Source: Ktedonobacterales bacterium (GTDB taxonomy: Bacteria; Chloroflexota; Ktedonobacteria; Ktedonobacterales; JADMIN01). From it: a stretch of DNA of 37,083 nt. Positions 34,588 through 37,083 of this stretch are shown one piece after another (the stretch's first letter is position 1; each line of letters opens with the position of its first letter). The stretch lies in contig JBDTAI010000209.1 of assembly GCA_039924685.1 (NCBI GenBank), forward strand, positions 1 to 37,083, written 5' to 3'. A model generated the notes under the pieces. It was not told the DNA's origin and did no database searches. It worked only from the letters and a program-made list of their open reading frames with translations. The position numbers and the translations under genes were made by a program.

Positions 34588-34815
34588 GTTGCTTCTCCTC
34601 ATCTGAGTGTGTGCTCTGTTCCCTGACAGAGATGCCAGGGGACCTGGCATGCGCCTTCTCGAGTATAGACCATTGGTTCTAGCAAAGCAAGATACATATA
34701 AGCAAGGGGGTAGCGCCGTCGCTCGTTAGACGTCGTTCGATGTGGCAAAGATGACAAGTCTGAAGAGGCCGTTGCCGCATCAGACAGGGGGCCTGGAGAT
34801 ACGGTATACTGAGGC

Positions 34816-34843
34816 TTGATACGCTGACTATACGCAGTATATG
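34816..34843 (+). promoter_or_regulatory. Candidate promoter for the GlcE-like gene
   Basis: TTGATA, 16-nt spacer, TATATG. It overlaps the ATG at 34841 listed in the ORF track, which argues for a downstream start. Confidence 0.4.
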
Positions 34844-34894
34844 CGCCTCCTGTTATGTGCGCATTTGGCGGACGAAGATGAGAGTGAACGGTGG

Positions 34895-36352
34895 ATGGCG
34901 ATGGGTGTGACAGGCGCACTTGGTGAGCAGGAGCGGCTGGCATTCGCCGGGCGACTGGCGCGTGAACTTGGCGTCGGACAGACGCTGGCGGGCGCACAGG
35001 TGGCGACCTATGCGGTACAGGGGCGGCTCCCGGCGGTGGTGGCGCGACCAACGGAGATCGAGGGCGTGGCGGCTGCCCTGCGGCTGGCATCTGAAGCAGG
35101 CGCGAGCATTGTTCCCTGGGGTGGCGGCGCCGAGATGGACCTGGGCTATCCACCGCAGCAGTGTGATCTGGTTCTCAGCCTTGAGCGCCTCACACGCACG
35201 CTGACGTACGATCCCGCCGACCTCACCATCACCACCGAGGTCGGCGTCACCCATGCCACACTTGCCCGCGCGCTCGCCGCCAACCACCAGACGCTGCCTT
35301 TCGATGCGCCGCTAGCCCATCGCTCCACACTTGGCGGAACACTGGCCACCGGCTTCGCCGGGCTGCGCCGCGCCTTCTATGGAGCGTCGCGCGATCTCTC
35401 GCTGGGCATGCGGGTGGTAGACGCTAGCGGGACAATCCTGAAATCCGGCGGACAGGTGGTGAAGAATGTCAGCGGCTATGACATGGGCAAGCTGTATATC
35501 GGCTCACTTGGCACGCTGGGAGTGATCGTCGAGGCGAGCTTCAAGCTGGCGCCGCTACCCGAAGCTGAGGCGACCGTGATCGGCATAGCGCATTCGTTGC
35601 CAGCCGCGCAGGCCGCCGCCGAAACGATAGAGCGGCTGGCCGTGCGCCCTTCGGCGCTGGTGGCGCTGCACATCAATGCGCTGCCAGAGCTGGCCCGCAT
35701 CACTCCCGGCTACGAGCGGCGCGCATTGCTGGTGATTCGCATCCCTGGCGCAGAGGCCGCCGTGAAACGCGGCATCGCTGAGGTGGAGGAGGCTATGCGG
35801 GCGGCGCAGGTTGATCCGGCGCTGACACTGGATGGCAGCGCCAACGACGCCTTCTGGCAGGCCGCCAACGACTTCCTGTGTGTCGCGCCCGACCTCGCTC
35901 ATCCCGACTCCACGCACACCGACCCTTCTATTGGCGCAGACGGCGCGGAGGACGCGCTGCTACGGCTTTCGATCCTGCCGATGGAGAGTGTCGCGGCGCT
36001 GGAAGCAGCGCAAACCCTTGCCAGTGAGCATGGGCTGGCGCTCGCCTGGCTGGCCGATCTCGCCACCGGCGTGATCTGGGTGCGGCTGCGCTCAGGCGGG
36101 ACGATCTCAGCGGTAGAGAGCAGTGCCGCGTCTGCTGTGAACGCCACATTCGCGCGGGCGCTGATTGCGACGCATACCGCGCTCGCCCACCGCTGGCGCA
36201 ACGTCGTGCTGCTGCGCTGTCCGGCGGCGACCAAACCGCATGTGGCGCTATGGGGCGCCGATCCGGCGGGCCTGGAACTGATGCGCGAGATCAAGGGCCG
36301 CTTTGATCCACACCATCTGCTCAATCCGGGCCGCTTCGTCGGCGGCATCTGA
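34895..36352 (+). CDS. FAD-binding PCMH-type oxidoreductase, glycolate oxidase GlcE-like subunit
   Basis: VVARPTEIEGVAAALRLASEAGASIVPWGGGAEMDLG, KNVSGYDMGKLYIGSLGTLGVIVEASFKL, C-terminal MREIKGRFDPHHLLNPGRF. The start could be 34841, 34895 or 34901. Confidence 0.85.
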   Translation: MAMGVTGALGEQERLAFAGRLARELGVGQTLAGAQVATYAVQGRLPAVVARPTEIEGVAAALRLASEAGASIVPWGGGAEMDLGYPPQQCDLVLSLERLTRTLTYDPADLTITTEVGVTHATLARALAANHQTLPFDAPLAHRSTLGGTLATGFAGLRRAFYGASRDLSLGMRVVDASGTILKSGGQVVKNVSGYDMGKLYIGSLGTLGVIVEASFKLAPLPEAEATVIGIAHSLPAAQAAAETIERLAVRPSALVALHINALPELARITPGYERRALLVIRIPGAEAAVKRGIAEVEEAMRAAQVDPALTLDGSANDAFWQAANDFLCVAPDLAHPDSTHTDPSIGADGAEDALLRLSILPMESVAALEAAQTLASEHGLALAWLADLATGVIWVRLRSGGTISAVESSAASAVNATFARALIATHTALAHRWRNVVLLRCPAATKPHVALWGADPAGLELMREIKGRFDPHHLLNPGRFVGGI

Positions 36353-36375
36353 TGCGAAAGCCGATCGTGCACTAG

Positions 36376-36420
36376 AGGCTCGCACGTTGTAGGCTCGCAC
36401 GTTGTAAGCGCCCGCGTTCT
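36376..36420 (+). repeat. 15-bp tandem repeat (aggctcgcacgttgt): two perfect copies plus a degenerate third
   Basis: Read directly. It lies between the convergent GlcE-like gene and folD. Confidence 0.8.
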
Positions 36421-36439
36421 GCGCTCATCGGGGACGAGC

Positions 36440-37083
36440 CTAATCCGGGCCGATCAGAGTGTGGCGGATCAGCATGAGGTGGGTGAGGGGACCAAGACCA
36501 CCGGGAGCGGGCGTCAGATAGCCTGCTACATCGCGCACCGAGGCATGGTCCACATCGCCGACGATGCGGCCAGCGAGCGAGGTCATACCAGCATCGAGGA
36601 CGACGGCGCCGGGGGTGAGCATCGCGCCGGTGATGCTGCCGGGGCGGCCTGTGCCGGTGAAGAGGATGTCGGCCTGGCGGGTGACGCTAGCGAGATCAGG
36701 CGTGCGCGAGTGGCAGAAACTGACGGTGGCGTTCTCGCGCAGAAAGAGCAGCGCCGCCGGTCGCCCACCTACATTGCTGCGTCCCACCACCACGGCGTTC
36801 TGTCCTTGCAGGGGGATATTGGCGGCGCGCAGCAGTTCAAGCGCGGCATCGGCGGTGCTGGGGACGTAGCTGGGGAAGCCAAGCATCAGTCGCCCGGCGT
36901 TGCGTGGTCCCAGTCCATCCACATCTTTCTCTGGCGGCAGCGCCTCCATCACCACGCGCTGGCGGATGTGGGGCGGCAGCGGAATCAGCAGCACGACGCC
37001 ATCTATGTCGGCCTGTGCGCCAAGCGCTGCCACCGCCGCCCGCAGCGTCGTCTCGGTCGCTTCACGCGGAAACTGGCGCAGCG
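36440..37083 (-). CDS. folD: Bifunctional methylenetetrahydrofolate dehydrogenase/cyclohydrolase FolD; 5' end outside the window
   Basis: EKDVDGLGPRNAGRL, VVVGRSNVGGRPAALL, PGGLGPLT. The frame stays open to the window edge. Confidence 0.92.
   Translation of the reverse strand, partial: LRQFPREATETTLRAAVAALGAQADIDGVVLLIPLPPHIRQRVVMEALPPEKDVDGLGPRNAGRLMLGFPSYVPSTADAALELLRAANIPLQGQNAVVVGRSNVGGRPAALLFLRENATVSFCHSRTPDLASVTRQADILFTGTGRPGSITGAMLTPGAVVLDAGMTSLAGRIVGDVDHASVRDVAGYLTPAPGGLGPLTHLMLIRHTLIGPD

Overview
High-GC bacterial chromosomal segment (about 62-65% GC by hand counts of sample lines; phylum not determinable by eye). Most of it is housekeeping or envelope genes. These are: MBL hydrolase (partial), HU, nitronate monooxygenase-like, tRNA-Leu(UAA), alpha-glucan phosphorylase, APH-family kinase, Fpg, BNR/sialidase-like propeller, Lpd, AI-2E transporter, citrate synthase, ClpP, SAM methyltransferase, MutS2, S41 peptidase, M23 peptidase, zinc-ribbon membrane protein, KGG stress protein, HTH-GAF regulator, VOC protein, GlcE-like flavoprotein and FolD (partial). 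One intact 978-bp IS5-family element lies at 33173-34150.

The best candidate for an undescribed system is a ~2.1-kb islet of about 50% GC at ~10.5-12.65 kb, wedged between the BNR gene and lpd. It has its own near-consensus sigma70-type promoter. It encodes an Mrr-type PD-(D/E)xK nuclease domain fused in one polypeptide to a complete ParA/MinD-type deviant-Walker ATPase. A 179-aa partner ORF with no motif I recognise overlaps the end of that gene. No integrase, parB, replication or methylase gene is nearby. I do not recognise this pair as a named defence or partition system.

Secondary observations:
- Short tandem repeats start exactly at stop codons and place stops in all three frames (after the MBL gene and after mutS2).
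- A 21-bp exact hairpin-containing repeat brackets clpP and the methyltransferase gene.
- The M23 peptidase has a Gly-rich/TM/basic sorting-signal-like C-terminus followed by a (GQC)4 tail, and is translationally coupled to the zinc-ribbon membrane protein.
- A ~600-bp low-GC stretch follows the tRNA.
- Several long structured intergenic regions are present.

Many long antisense ORFs in the track are GC-driven artefacts. All domain calls come from motifs read by eye; no searches were run.
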